A stretch of 64,000 nt of DNA from Isurus oxyrinchus (taxonomy: Eukaryota). The position numbers and the translations under genes were made by a program. The notes below the pieces were generated by a model. The model worked only from the letters and a program-made list of their open reading frames with translations, was not told where the DNA came from and did no database searches. Location of the stretch: contig JANJGN010000039.1 in assembly GCA_026770705.1 (NCBI GenBank), forward strand, positions 8,246,001 to 8,310,000, given 5' to 3'. This document shows positions 10,730-23,640 of this stretch, one piece after another (the first letter of the stretch is position 1; each line of letters begins with the position of its first letter).

Positions 10730-11808
10730 TGTTATGAATTCTCACCTTGAATTATTTTAATCCACCGATTCAAAGTCCCTGTAGTGTTGTCACATAATTA
10801 TACCCACGGTTTCATGCTGAGATACCTGTTTGCGTTCTGGGACTGTATCCTTCTTCCTGCAGCAGCACACGAGATGCAATTAAAATAATAATTCGTTTAT
10901 TTTGCTGTTTTATCTTCCACCACATTGAAACTTGAACTTGAGCTTCACATCTCAGAGCTCTAATAACATCATAATGTTGACTTCAATTGTTCTTCCTTCC
11001 AAAATTCTTTCTTACTTTCACTTAGGAGTTAAAGTATTCTTTACAAACATAAAATGCAGGTTTTGCAACAAAGCACCAAATTTTATTTCCAAGTAGAGGC
11101 TTAGCCTGTGGGTGAGCCACTCTGTTGTTCAGTTGGATTAAGACCATGAACTCTCGGTTCTTTGGTGTATACTATTGTTGAGAAGTAAACAGAGGTAAAG
11201 TTGCATTTGCATGTTCTTGAATGGAGCATTCAAGAGGGGAGTGAAATCTTTCACCTAGCCAGGAGACACCAGACAATATTTATATTACTGAAAGAGTTGG
11301 TGCAATGATATGGGTTTTATTGTTGGAAGAGGTCATGCCCAAAGGGCGTGGTAATTCACTGAGAATTTACATTCAAAGAAAGCTTAGAAGGGAGCTTGGG
11401 TGTGAAAGGCAGCAACATCTAACATCAAACAGCTGTAAGCCTCAACAGTGTGCAAAGCAAAGAGATTGAAAGGAACCTTGTTTTGAATTTGTAAGGGGAA
11501 AATGCTTTGCCTGGTATCTGGCTAAGTCTATTAAATATTGTTGCCTTGGTGGAGAATTACTTGGCATTTTTTTCAAAAATGTTACGATGATAGTAAATTC
11601 TAGCCACGTGTACATGCTTAATTTATTGCAAACTATTAAATGTCTCATTTAGTCTGTTAGAGGACCTGTCGAGAACCAATGGTTTTACCCCTGAATTTAG
11701 AGCAAGAACTCAAAGCATACGATTTGAAAAGACAGGTTATGACATTTGTTTAAATTTGCCCTCTGTGTCTTTAACTAGCACAGCCTTTAATAATGTTGTG
11801 TCATAACA
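10730..11808 (+). mobile_element. Possible solo LTR
   Basis: Bounded by the inverted termini TGTTATGA (10730) and TCATAACA (11801-11808); non-coding interior. No clear target-site duplication, so the left boundary is uncertain. Confidence 0.35.
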
Positions 11809-11929
11809 CATGTTAAGTTTCCAGGCCTGACGTTCATATTCCGCTAATCTAAACTAAAAGGTTTGGCAGAATTGCGCAATGTGCTTGCTGTTGAAACTCT
11901 TTTAAAATTTGTTGCAGCTCGAGGAACAG

Positions 11930-12145
11930 GGAGACCATAAGACCATAAGACAAAGGAGCAGAAATTAGGCCATTCGGCCCATCGAGTCTTGTCCGCCATT
12001 CAATCATGGCTGATTGGTTTCTCAACCCCATTCTCCCGCCTTCTCCCGGTAACCTTTGATCCCCTGAACAATCAAGAACTTACCTACCTCGATCTGAAAT
12101 ACACCCAATGAGCTGGCCTCCACACCCTTCTGTGACAATGAATTC
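11930..12145 (-). mobile_element. Relatively well-preserved CR1 3' end with (ccataaga) tail repeats
   Basis: 'accataagaccataagacaaaggagcagaaattaggccattcggcccatcgagtc...ccattcaatcatggctgat' is a classic CR1 3' UTR in reverse. Confidence 0.85.
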
Positions 12146-12229
12146 TTGGTTTGATATTACTGCAGACTATCCCCAGTATTTCGAGAAATTATTTAAGGAC
12201 GTAAGTCTACTGTTCTTTGTTCTTTGTAA

Positions 12230-13300
12230 CACTGAATTCCAAATAGCGCTGGCCCCCTGACAAATGAAGTTCCCCATATTCTCTGGTTTGGAAGGGAGCC
12301 TTTTTAACATGAAACATTTCCCCTAGTTATAGACTCCCCCACTAGATAAGCATCCTCTCAACATCTAAACTGATAAAGTCGCCCCAGAACCATATAGGTT
12401 TCAAGAATATCTCTTCCCACCTTTCCAAATTCTCATGAGCAGTGGCCCAACGAACAGACCTTTCCTCATAAGACAAGCTTTTCATACCAGGAAGCAGTCG
12501 TGTGATCCATCTATGAAGTGTGCCTAACGCATTTGCAATGCCACTTAAATAAGGAGAGCTTAACCGCACAAGACACCACCTACGTTTTGCAGCAGCAAGG
12601 AATCCCTACTTGCAAACATCACCCACCATCCAGTGAAGACTAATATTTTATATGCCTTACTTTTCGCTTCCTGTACCGGTATGCTAACTCTTCATGATTC
12701 ATGTTCGAGAAAATCTGGAGAACTTCTGCTGCAACAGACAGAATTCTATCTCTACCTTCAAATCTTCAGCCTCTATTATACCTACCAAAATGACGATCAG
12801 ACAATTTCCTATAGGTTCCTGCAACGTGTTTTTGTTATTTTTGAACAAACACTTAACATTTATCTTTGCAGAGTCTTTGCAACGATATCACAATTATTTT
12901 TCAATGCACATTAATATCGCCAGTAAAGTTGACCGCAGTGCACTCCATTTCTTTTTCCAAGTCAACATTATAAAACGGTTTGGGTAAAGTTGAGGCCACA
13001 GTACTGAACCCTATGGTACCCTCACCCGTCTAGATATAGTTCGTCAACTTAAAAACGAGCCAGTTATGTCGATTCTATTTCCTGTTAAGCCGCCCGATAG
13101 TCATGATGTTATGTTACCCTGAACCCATGACGATGTAACATGTGTATTCATTTTTTTTAAGTGAAACGTATCTGATATATTTAGGTAATTTAAAATAAAA
13201 CTGCATTTTATCGTCCTTATTTCCTCATCGTCCTTGTTACATCCTCAGATAACTAATAACTTGATACACGATTGTTATTTCAGAAAATCATGTGCACTGC
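12230..13300 (-). mobile_element. Old CR1 RT fragment
   Basis: Minus ORF 'SPYL...ITRLLPGMKSLSYEER'; further up, 'gagggtaccatagggttcagtactgtggcctcaac' resembles GVPQGSVLGP. Confidence 0.65.
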
Positions 13301-15699
13301 CTGATTGGAACATGAATTCCTACATTTTCTGCTTTCAGTTCCTTAAAAAATACCTTCCTGCTGGAGTTTAGAGAAAGAGAATAAACAGAAAAAGAACTCA
13401 TCAGCCTTGGAAACCTGCTGCATCTGGTCGCACAAGGATTTCTGTTTGTAGAATGAGAAGGCACCTTGCACTGAAGGGAAGGAGTCAAGCGAAAAAAGTC
13501 AAGATTAATAATAAATTAATTGTAAATATAACAAATAACATTTTATTTTAAAAGCACATGAACCATTAAGACATTTAGAATTTCGTCGCTCTCAAAAGTC
13601 AAGAGTTCAGCAATTCTTTCGAATATGTGTTTTCGGCCGAGCAGACATCGGGGCCACTTTACCAGCGGACAGTGAAATGTTAATGGAATTGTTGTCGTCC
13701 CTGTGTTACATACCAGCTAGGCCCGTTAAATTCTTCCTTAATAATCGTCAGAGAACTGGATGCATTTATATAATTCATGATTATTTAAAAGTAAGTAAAC
13801 AACTTTCTACTTATTCCAGATATGTAACCTTAAAGGTAAAGGCAGGTTGACTTTTTGTATTCGTTTCCTCTGTATTTCAACGTTGGACCATCCAGGCCTG
13901 TGAAGGACAGAACTCCTTGAAGTTCTTTGCATTGCTTATGGTCAGTGTTACAATTTAGGCAGATTGAACGTTGGTAATTATTTATTAAGACTGTGAGCTT
14001 CCGCAAGCTGGAGTAAAACAACGGTCAGCACTTTTGTTTTCGTACTGGACCCCAGATGTGACTGAGGCTCGACGGCAGGGTTGGTTTAACTGCACTTTTC
14101 CCTCTTCGTTCATCGGCGGTGACCATCACAGCCAAGACCTGCTTTTTCTGCTGATCTATGATTGCACTAGAGAAGCTGGTGCCGAGCAGTCCCTCGGTTC
14201 AAGCTGGATAGGCAGTACGATTTCATCCTTATTCTTCTTTTCTGCAGCGTCTTTATAAAACTGATTATTTTCTCGCCCATTTCTAAGGGCAGTTAAGAGT
14301 CAAGCATGTTACCGTGGGACTGGAATAACTTGTAGGTCGGGCAATGTGAGGCCGAAATATTTCCTCCACCATATGGCATTACAAACCCAGATTTTTAGAG
14401 ACAATCCAATTGTTCCATTAACACAATTAGTGGGAATATTATGCCAGGATTTCCGTTCCGGATTTCGTTTAATTGGAAGTTTGCTGGACTTATGTGAACG
14501 TTACTGTTTCTGAGAGTGTCCAACTGTGCGAGTTCTCTCCGAATCAACTCCACCGCTTTATTTATGAATAGTTACATGCATTTCACTGCTTGGAGAACGG
14601 TAAGGCCACACACCATGCATCAGATCCCTGTGTCTGCATACCTTTCTGTGTTGCACACTCTAATCAGAGCCATAAATCCACGCATGGTATATTCCTTCAG
14701 TGTATTTATAAACAGTTCAGTTCCCTGGATTACAGTTTGTTTTATCCCGTATTTTTAACTTGACTACCTGGTCCAGGCCACTTTCCCTTTATGAAAGCTC
14801 CAGTCCCGAGAATACTGCGCAGGAAAGGTCGATGAGTTGGATTCGGGAACATGGAAAATCGTGAAGGCGATGTTATCACAGCGTAAACAAACGAGATAAG
14901 ACGATGGAGAGAATTGAGAGAAAGAGAGAGAAATGAGAGATGTGCGTGTGTGAGAGCGAGAGAAAGAAAGGGAGGCCGAGTGAGACAGAAGCTGCTGATT
15001 TTTTACCAGAATGCAATTAACCTGATTAAGTCTCTGCTAGGCAAACATCTGAAGAGTTATTGCTCCGCATTGTAACCAGAAGCTCAAACCCCTCTCCTGC
15101 CCTTTCCATTTCACCATGCCTCAATGAAGATATGTGTTGGTGAGAGCAAAAATAATGATGGGACCAATGGTATCTGCCTAGATCAGTCCCTTCCTCGGGT
15201 TCTGACACAGATTAATGTCCCCATGTGCGCTCCTTCTCTCTTTGATCAGAGCAGCAAGATTGAAATAATAACTAGGATTAAACAAAAATAAGCAGAGGGT
15301 AATAAGCATCTGTTGATATACAGCGCCTCCTGTCAGTTTCACTGGGGGAGAGGAAAGGGTGAAATAATCACTGTTACCACTAAAAGCTAAATAAAGATTC
15401 CACCCACAATGATGTTCACATCAAACAAGATGGTGGAATAACGCATTTTTTTACTTTTGAAGCAAAAACAAGCAAATTATGTTGGGAAAGCTTTTTATTC
15501 TACGTGTTTAGTGATCCCTCCCATCTCTTTATTTCTCTGAAAGGCGAACATTCTTTTTAGAAAAAAAACATGGTGTTCTTATTCGGACTTTCTGTACTTT
15601 GCGCACTCACCTCGATCTAATAACCTGTGACACCCCCAATTCTTTTTGCATTAAAAGTGAATATTTGAGCTTAAAAACAGGAGGCGAGGGAAGGCAACT

Positions 15700-16090
15700 C
15701 ATCTGTGGTTGGTTAGTCATTTGCGAATAAATGTCACTTTGACGTCTGTGATGTCTCTTCGTTTTCCCTTCCTTATCTCTGTAATTTCCTCCTCCCCCCC
15801 TAAGACACCATGATAACTGTGGTAGTCTATTTCTGGCTGCATTATCCTCTGCGAATATAATGTTTCCAACATTACTGAACTTGCCTTCAGTTGCCTAGAG
15901 TTCATGCTCTGGAATCCCCGCCACGCACAGCCCCAACCACCCGCCCCCCCCCCGCCAACCCCCTCACCCCCACCCCCAGCGCGGCTCCAAATCTCTGCCT
16001 CCCTTTTCTGCTTCAAGATAATTCTTAAGACCGACCCGTTTGACTATCCCTTTGATCAGTTGTCATGTTCTGTTATGTGGAGCTGATCTG
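15700..16090 (+). mobile_element. L2 LINE 3' fragment with C-rich insert
   Basis: 'gccttcagttgcctagagttcatgctctggaatccc...cttcaagataattcttaagaccgacccgtttgac' resembles AFS...P.LWNSLP...FK..LKT.LF of L2. Confidence 0.55.
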
Positions 16091-17329
16091 AAGCAACTTG
16101 AGCCACGTGATTGTGTTAAATATGTCATATCAATATGATTTGTTGTTGTCACTTTGCCATATAATGCTCGGTGCAGCATCATTGGTTGTTTTACTATGTT
16201 TATATTCAATACTAATATGCGAGGGCTTCCATTGCTGCATTTCGGACTCTGTCTCATGTTACATCTGTAGTTGTCAGGATCACTGTATGAATCCCGTAAT
16301 CCCCTGCTCCATCCGACAATGTGACAGGAGGTCCTATGGCGATCTTGACAGAGGTAAAACAATGACGGGTCCTGAAATCTGACTGCTCCATGTACGGTGC
16401 TCAGTGAGATGTTTTTGTCCGAGTTCCATGAACAGTGAAACAGTTGTTTCAGAGTCCTGACCACATAGTGATTAAATAATCATCAAGGAGGCTTATAAAT
16501 AATTTGTCAGTTGAGTTAGCCAAATGCTGAAATGCAGAAACAATAACCATTATTATAGGCATTAGACTTACTATTTAAGAGGTTGAACGTATATTTAAGA
16601 GAAAATGAGAGAGGGAGAGAAGAGAATTTACTATGCCCATCACCCGCCATGGTCTTGCCCTCCCCCTTTCATACCGCTCCCTCCAGTGAGATAAAATTTA
16701 ATTCCCGTTCATCCAGCGAAAATCTCATACTCCCCCACTGTGGCCGCGATATATTCCCCCCGTCGCTGCTTTCATTGGATACCACTTTGGTGGGTTGGAT
16801 GATAATCAGTCAGGATGATACGAATCCATTGCAATCGGACATGGAAAAAAGAGCAGAATTGGCAAGGAATTAGCAGATGCAATTTAATGCATTGCAGGGC
16901 AAAATGATACACTTTGGCAGAAGGGGTAGAGAGGGTCAAAGGAAGCAGAATGTCAATGTTGTAAAGAATGTGGCTGAAAAGAGTGACCAGGCTGCAGATT
17001 CTTCGATATTTGAATGTGGTTGTCACAGCCATGCCGAGGCTATGGATAATTTTGGCAAACACGCTTGGCACCGCACTTTGGGGGCAGGATGTGGGGTGCG
17101 CTGTGCTGACTTTCCTTTCTGTGTAAGATTGGGGGCGTCTGATTAGTTGACATAAATCTGCGGCCAAATTCATATTTAGAATGCAATCAGTAGCACGTGC
17201 AGTGAGAGAAACAAGTGGATGAAATATTGCGCGGGTGAGGAGAAAAGGCAGGAAAAAGCGAGAAAATGAGAAAACACTGAAACGTTCTCTGGTTATTGAA
17301 GAATCAGAACTCCCCCACGATTCTGTTAT

Positions 17330-18320
17330 TCAATTACGGGATTTTGGCTTCAATCGCTGGCACAGCATTTCTTGGAAATCAGTACTTACCCTTGTGAAGA
17401 TGGTGGGGAGCTGCCTTCTTGTACAGCAGTAGTCCCTCGTGTACTTGTACACCCACAGTGCTCTTCGGGATGGATTTCCAGGATTTAGACCCAGCGACAG
17501 AGAAGGAACAGCAATACATTTCGAAATCAGGGTTGCAAGTAGTTTGAGGGGGGGGTGGGTGTGCGGTGGGAATCTTCGAGGTTTTTGTGCTCTCTGGCGC
17601 CTGCTGCCCCTTATCTTACTAGATGGTAGCGGTCGTGTGTTTGGAAAGTGTTGCCTAAGGAGTGTTGGGGAATTGCTGAAGTGCTTCTTGTAGATGGCAC
17701 ACACTGCTGCCATTGATCGTCAGCGGTGGAGGGACTCAATGTGTGTCAATGTGGTGTCAAACAACCAGTTGCTTTCTGCTTAATGCTGTCAAGCTTCTTG
17801 AGTTTTGTTGGAGCTGCAAGCATCTTGGCCTGTGGAGAGTAGAGCATCACAATCCTATATTTTGCCTTGAAGATGGTGGATAGGATTTGGGGAACCAGAA
17901 GGTGTGTTATTCTCCGCAGGATTCCTAGCCTCTGAAGTGGATTTGTAGACATTGTGTTTATATGCCTAATCCAATTCAGTTTCCAGTCAATGATAATCAC
18001 TGCTCGTGGGAAATTCGTTAATGCCATTGAACGTCAACAGGCGTTGGTTAAATTATCTGTTTTGTAGACAGTGATTGCCTGGCACATGTGTGGTCTGAAT
18101 TATGTTTGCCAATTGTCAGCCAAAGCCTGTATATTGTCCAGGACATGCTGAGTTTGGCCTAGGCTGCCTCACTATATCAGGAGTTGGGAATGCTGTTGAG
18201 CATTGTGCATCATCAGCGAACATCTCCATTATTGACTTTGCAATGGAGGAAAGATCTTTGAAGAGAGAACTAAACACTGTTGAGCGTCGGTCACTACCCT
18301 GAGAAAATCAGGTTCCCTCA
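17330..18320 (-). mobile_element. LINE RT C-terminal region and 3' tail (CR1/Jockey group); inverted paralog at 43470-44400
   Basis: Minus ORF 'IDWKLNWIRHIN...QRLGILRRITHLLVPQILSTIFKA...KLKKLDSIKQKA'. Confidence 0.8.
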
Positions 18321-19725
18321 GGAACTAAAATGACTGGGAGCTCAGCAGCCGGGGTGTATATTTGGAAAGTGCAGGTGCCAGAAGGTCAGAGGAACTATTT
18401 AGAAAAGATTGCTGCGTGGCCGACTTGTGGTTATTTAGTAATTCAGGCCAAAGGCATCGTCTGCGAAATATCACAATCACTGTAGCTGTTCGAAATGGTG
18501 GATCACGTTCACTTTGCTGTAAGAACAATGGGCGTTTGGCAATAAATGCTTTTCTTGCCAGCTGTAACCCTCATGCCATGACCGAATCTTTTTTTTTAAA
18601 TGTTCATTTATTCCTTGACAGCAGGTGTATGTTTCTATCTAACGGCACGTTCCATTTGCTATTTTAATTGGCCGTTCTTGTGGCCAAACATTTCCCTGGA
18701 TGATTAGACTGGTCAACTAGGAAAGGTTAAGGCGATTTTGTGTTAGTATCTGAGAAAACTGAATGACCCAGACAGCATGGTCAAGGAGTAGGAGTGGATG
18801 ATCGATGCATATCCTCTTCAGGGAGCCAATAAGGAAAGGGCATGTCAAATTCTGTTTTCCGTGCTGTAACCTGTATATGGTTGCATCTACGATCTGTGTT
18901 TAAGTGAATGGGAATAAATGATGAGAATATGTGAAGAGAAGAATTACATTATGTTTGTTCATGCGCAAAGTACAAAGGAATACAAAGGAAGATGTTTATG
19001 GTTGGGCCATGAGCGAGTGGACGTTTCATAGCTGGGAATTGGTGCGGATATCTGGTGGAAGCTTCACTCGTTGTTTTGATGAGTGGACTTCAAATTAATA
19101 ATTTTCAGACGCCACAGCATCTGTGAATTGTGATAACAAGCATTTGGTGGCCGTGTGTGTGAAAAGACCAGAAAACATGAAACATAGACTGTTGTGTATG
19201 AGCATGTGGGGAGGAGGCCGTCCCTGTCTTCGTGAATAATTAAGTTTGAGTTTTGCAAGCTTGCAAAGGAATTGTAGGGAAATTTGAAATCAAGATATGG
19301 AACCGTCTCTAAGTCCGATAGATCGTTGGAATGAGTCTTAAATTTACCATATGATCAATTGCGCCAATGCCCAGTCTTTCACAAAGCACGTGATCACCAG
19401 GCAGTCTTTGTTTTAATCATGTGATTTATATGGAACTCTGAGTAGCAGCTCATTGTGCAACAGTCGGATATTTGGGGGGAGCCAGGTTTCATGAAACCTG
19501 TTCTGAAAACTGCCCCATATCTTATTCGGCCCAGAAGAGACATTGAAGGTTATCTGTGCTGTTTTTCTATGTTACGCTTGTTCGAGTTATTTTGATCCAG
19601 CCTGTGATGTATGGGCTGTTGATCAGAGCATCTGCTCCAATGAGCTCTATGCGATCAGAGACTGGCATCACAATTCAAACTCTCAAACCCTGCAACTATA
19701 ACCAGGGTTGTTCAGTAATTTTCTT

Positions 19726-19763
19726 TTTATTATTATCATCATGCCTCAAGTCCACCATTTATT
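19726..19763 (-). promoter_or_regulatory. Candidate polyadenylation signals of GPCR gene B
   Basis: AATAAA on the minus strand at 19763-19758 and 19731-19726, about 155-190 nt after the stop codon. An AATAAA sits at the homologous place in copy C (about 42056). Confidence 0.4.
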
Positions 19764-19918
19764 ATAGAATAAAGTGAAAAGGAGTTCAATTTGAGACTAC
19801 ACCATGAAAGAGTATTTTCACCTGGGATGTAATTTTATCCAGAGTCAGCATACATCACTTCAAGTATTTTGCTAATGTGACTCCCTTCAGGCACAGTTTT
19901 TAAGTCCTCCTGCATATG

Positions 19919-20823
19919 TCAATTGGTTTTCAGCTGTAATTTGACTAATTTTACGCACCGTTTCAAAGAGTATTGCATTCCGTTCCTCAGCTCCTCCCTA
20001 AACCTAGACTGTGTCAGCACATAAATGAATGTATTTGTGCAGCAGCTGAGGAGCCCAAGCATGATTGCAACTGACCCAAGTTCATTAGTGCCAGAATATG
20101 AAATGATTGTTGTATGCAGAGAGAAAACATATGCGACTGGAGTTGTCCAAAGCAATATAAAGCTGCCGGTTATACTGAAGAGTAAAATTATGGACTTTCT
20201 TCGTCTTTCTATCTCTGGATCATTGTGATGCTCTCCATTGCAGCAACCGCGGAGACCCCTGCGAACTCTACTGGCAGCTAAAATACGTCTCACCATCAAA
20301 ACATTTAGCAACAAAATTAAAATGAATGGAACAAGTGGGGTCAAAGTTAGCACAAAGAAATCAAATGCAGCCCATTCAGCAGAACTGAAAAATGTCTGTT
20401 TTAGTTTGCAACCGCGAGGTACATTGCCAATTATATATGCAGGTTCATAAGCAAAATACCAGGGAATGTTTGTCAAACAACTCAAAACACTCACTACTGA
20501 TATGACAGCTACACCTGTTTTCTCTGTGCAATATTTTTTTCTCAGTTCCAGACAACATATCGCCACAAAACGATCGAAGGTGAACACCAATGTCAACCAG
20601 ACGGAGGCTGAAGTGACTACATAAATCAATGTCTCCATTAGATGGCATACCGTGCTCATGGTCAAGAATGAATCCGGAAAATAAATATTCAGCATTTCCT
20701 TCAGTATGACTTCAGTACAAATAAACAGGAGATCAGCCGCTGCCATCGCAATCATATAACATGTAATGCATTTGGAGAGACCACACTTTCTTCTGGAAAG
20801 GATGACAATCGCAACAACATTAC
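19919..20823 (-). CDS. Main coding exon (TM1-TM7) of GPR139-like orphan rhodopsin-class GPCR gene B; with exon 29831-29762 gives a 324-aa receptor
   Basis: Open frame with GN (TM1), MAAADLL (TM2), FTFDRFVAIC (TM3), PW (TM4), an ECL2 Cys, TP.VPF (TM5), SFILLW (TM6), SCCTNTFIY (TM7) and FREEL (helix 8). Acceptor 'ctccttctctctcttcctcacttacag|G' at 20824; phase 1 matches the upstream exon. Similarity to GPR139/GPR142-like receptors is from recall, not a search. Confidence 0.92.
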
Positions 20824-20999
20824 CTGTAAGTGAGGAAGAGAGAGAAGGAGATAGACGACACAGATGAACAAGGCAACTTCTCTTGCAGTTACAGCAAAGG
20901 CTCATGCATTTCACCCAAACATGCAGGACCTGCTTCCCGAGATGAGCATATACTAAATGTGGATTGGACTTAGTAAATGTGGACAGGGAAATGATCATT

Positions 21000-21760
21000 C
21001 CTCTTTTGATAGGAACATCATCAGTTTAAACTGGGCAACTAGTGTGCAATAACGATTGAGCTTCTTGAGCGAGAATGTGATGTGGACAATTTGAAGGTAC
21101 AAAAACGGCTCGGCATGTTGAACTTTAGATAGTAAGTAGGAGGTGTAAAGAGACAACTAATGTGTGAAGGTGCAATATCATTTGGGAAATAAAGACGCAA
21201 AATGGAATCTTGGGAAAGCAGAGTTAGACTCTGGAAGAGGTAGTCGTGCAATGTGCGCTGCGTGGTTTATGGATGCGGTAAGTATTTGAAATGGTTGCTG
21301 TGACACAGGACTCACAGCTCGTACGTAAATTGTTGCCCAGCAGCATTGGCATACTCTAAACGCTTGGGAGTGTAAAGATGGAATATTAACTGCTCAGGAT
21401 ATGTTAGAATGGTCACTGGGCTACAAAGAAACACTAGCATAGACGAGGCCGAACAAGGGTTTACCCAGGAGACTTCACAGATCCGGTCCAATGAGAATCA
21501 AAACATGGTGACATTTTTATGCAGATTCTCATTGAAACGTTGTGGTACGAGATGAGGGCAGATGAGTCAGGTTTTTTTTTAAGGCAAACTCAGTAATGGA
21601 AGATTAATATGCAGGCTGGGCATTGTGAAGGTTTAGGTCAGGTGAATGCATCGCAAATTCATTGCAGAAAAAAAGTGAAGCAACATTTCTTTGCCAACTG
21701 TGTATATTTGGTGCTGATCAGGCGGGTAGTTTAATGGCCGAATGGGAACAGTGACATAGG
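21000..21760 (+). mobile_element. Very old CR1 3' region in the intron of gene B
   Basis: Decayed CR1 RT C-terminus and tail ending 'atggccgaatgggaacagtgac'; internal 'aaaaaagtgaagcaacatttctttgcc'. Confidence 0.4.
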
Positions 21761-22899
21761 TATCAGATTAAGTGTGAAATATTTATTGGCCAACGGGAAG
21801 GCAGAGTGGGAATTTTGCAGGACCACGCTTCTTTCTGGAAGGACTAGTTTAAAGTGCAGTGAATAGATATCGCAAAAAACAGGGACAATAAGATTCGCAG
21901 CGATACAAGACACATTGTTAAAGTGTAGTAAGCAATTCGAAGATGTGATTCTAGTGTGTTTAAAATCAACTATCTATTCTGGGGAGACAGGGGTACGTTC
22001 CCATTGATTGATGAGCTGTATATCAAAGTACTTTTTTTTCCGAAAGGGCATAAGGGAGTCACTTGCATGTCATTCACAATATCTGTGAGAAATGATTTGA
22101 AATGTGAAGCTGAAAACTGACACTTGCAGGACACCAAGGGCAAAAGTTCCAAGTCGACATGGACCGTGACGGGCCCATCGATTTGAGTAGGTAGATTATT
22201 TTAGGTCTAATATAAGATTAGAAGAGCAAAACAATGAAGTGTCGATTACTTGATGATAATGATCTAACTCCTAACATATGCATGGTTAAATTATCATACG
22301 TTGCAGCTATTTTCATTTTAGATTGTTTCGGATCATACCATCCTTCAATTTTAGCAATATTTGATAAAATGCATATTTATTTTTCAAAATGCAAGAACAT
22401 TTTTGTGAATTAGCTATCTAATTCAATGATCTGTTACTATACAGAAGAATAAACTGAGAGATTTCTACTAATTACTGATTAAATCCAATAAGCTTTGTAA
22501 ATCAAGCGAAATTGATGTGAGCCTCAGATAATAGTGCCTGCAGCAACGTTTCTGATGTTTAACTAATGAAACTCCGTTGCATTTTTGAAGAATGGAGTTT
22601 CTCAGTGAATCTCAATGAACCTATTTGTTGCTGCCATACATTTACTAAGTTCATGCACATGTTCGTTTATTTATTATCTGCATTTCAAAGCAAGTTAAAT
22701 AACTCTAATAATTAATATCCAAAGTAAGTAATTGTTCGCTTCCTAAATTGTGTTTGTGGTTCTGATGCCTATGGTGTAGGATAGGATTTCATGGCTCTTG
22801 CAAGGGTACAGAATAGATTTTCGCATGAAATCTCTGGTTAGACTCAGGATGCCCAAATTCAGGAATATAAAATGCACATTCTCACAAGGAAGGGATGAG

Positions 22900-23640
22900 T
22901 TCAATGAAGTACTAAGTGCTTTGAAGGCTTTGCAACCTGGAGCAGACAGAAAGTGTAGCTTCCGCAAACTTGTATTTGGGAAAACATCAATGCAATGGAG
23001 CAATGTCTATAAACGGGGTGTTGAATTAACATTTTGGATCATATTAATTCCTGAGGATGTTCATTAATTTTTTACATGAGCTTTGAAAAAAGAAAGTGGT
23101 ATTAGTCAGATAAAGATAAACAGAATTTTACATTTCTGTATCAGCTTGTAAGTTAGATTTATGTTCATTTATCATAAACAAATTATTCCCTGAACAAATC
23201 TAGTATTGATATCCTTACAATGGCATGAATCTTCACTCAGAGTCATAAATATCAATTCGCATTTTTGAATTAAACAGAGATGGTTAACCAGATTATTAGC
23301 ACTTGAACCTGTACTTGACAGAACTGTAAATAAGGAAACAGTTAAAAGTAGGAAAAAGACAGTAAGTTTAACAATTATATATTGAAGCAGCAAATGTTTG
23401 AACAAATTAATTATCAAAACTAATATCCAATAAATTATCCACATGTTTCTAGACGTTTCTTCTACATTAAACATTGAAATGCCCCAGGAATGAACCACAG
23501 ATTTTTCTAACGAATTCAACGGTGAATTATCCAAACCATTATACATCATTTTATCTGTGAAATTAAGTGTACAGATATCAAGTATATTATCCACATAAGA
23601 CCCTGATCGAATAACTCGAGAATTGAACATTTAAATTGGC
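22900..23640 (+). mobile_element. Possible hAT-superfamily transposase fossil
   Basis: Across stops and frameshifts, plus-strand translation gives, in order, FG...SNVYK...LIP-GC, DLCSFIINKLF, QRWLTRLLALEPVL and ELSKPLYIIL...DP. This order resembles hAT core motifs. AT-rich. Pattern recognition only. Confidence 0.3.

Noticed and set aside
15026-15208. Immunoglobulin/TCR V-like words (YFC, GEGFELLV)
   Set aside because: The motifs are in the wrong order for a V domain, and there is no leader or recombination signal sequence.
20824-20998. N-terminal 58 aa of the 359-aa ORF as part of the receptor
   Set aside because: It runs through a polypyrimidine tract and AG acceptor, is not TM1-like, and a proper first exon exists at 29831-29762.
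23172-23630. 152-aa minus-strand ORF as a membrane protein gene
   Set aside because: AT-rich with no recognisable domain and intronic to gene B; hydrophobicity follows from T-richness. Better explained as chance or as the antisense of a transposon fossil.
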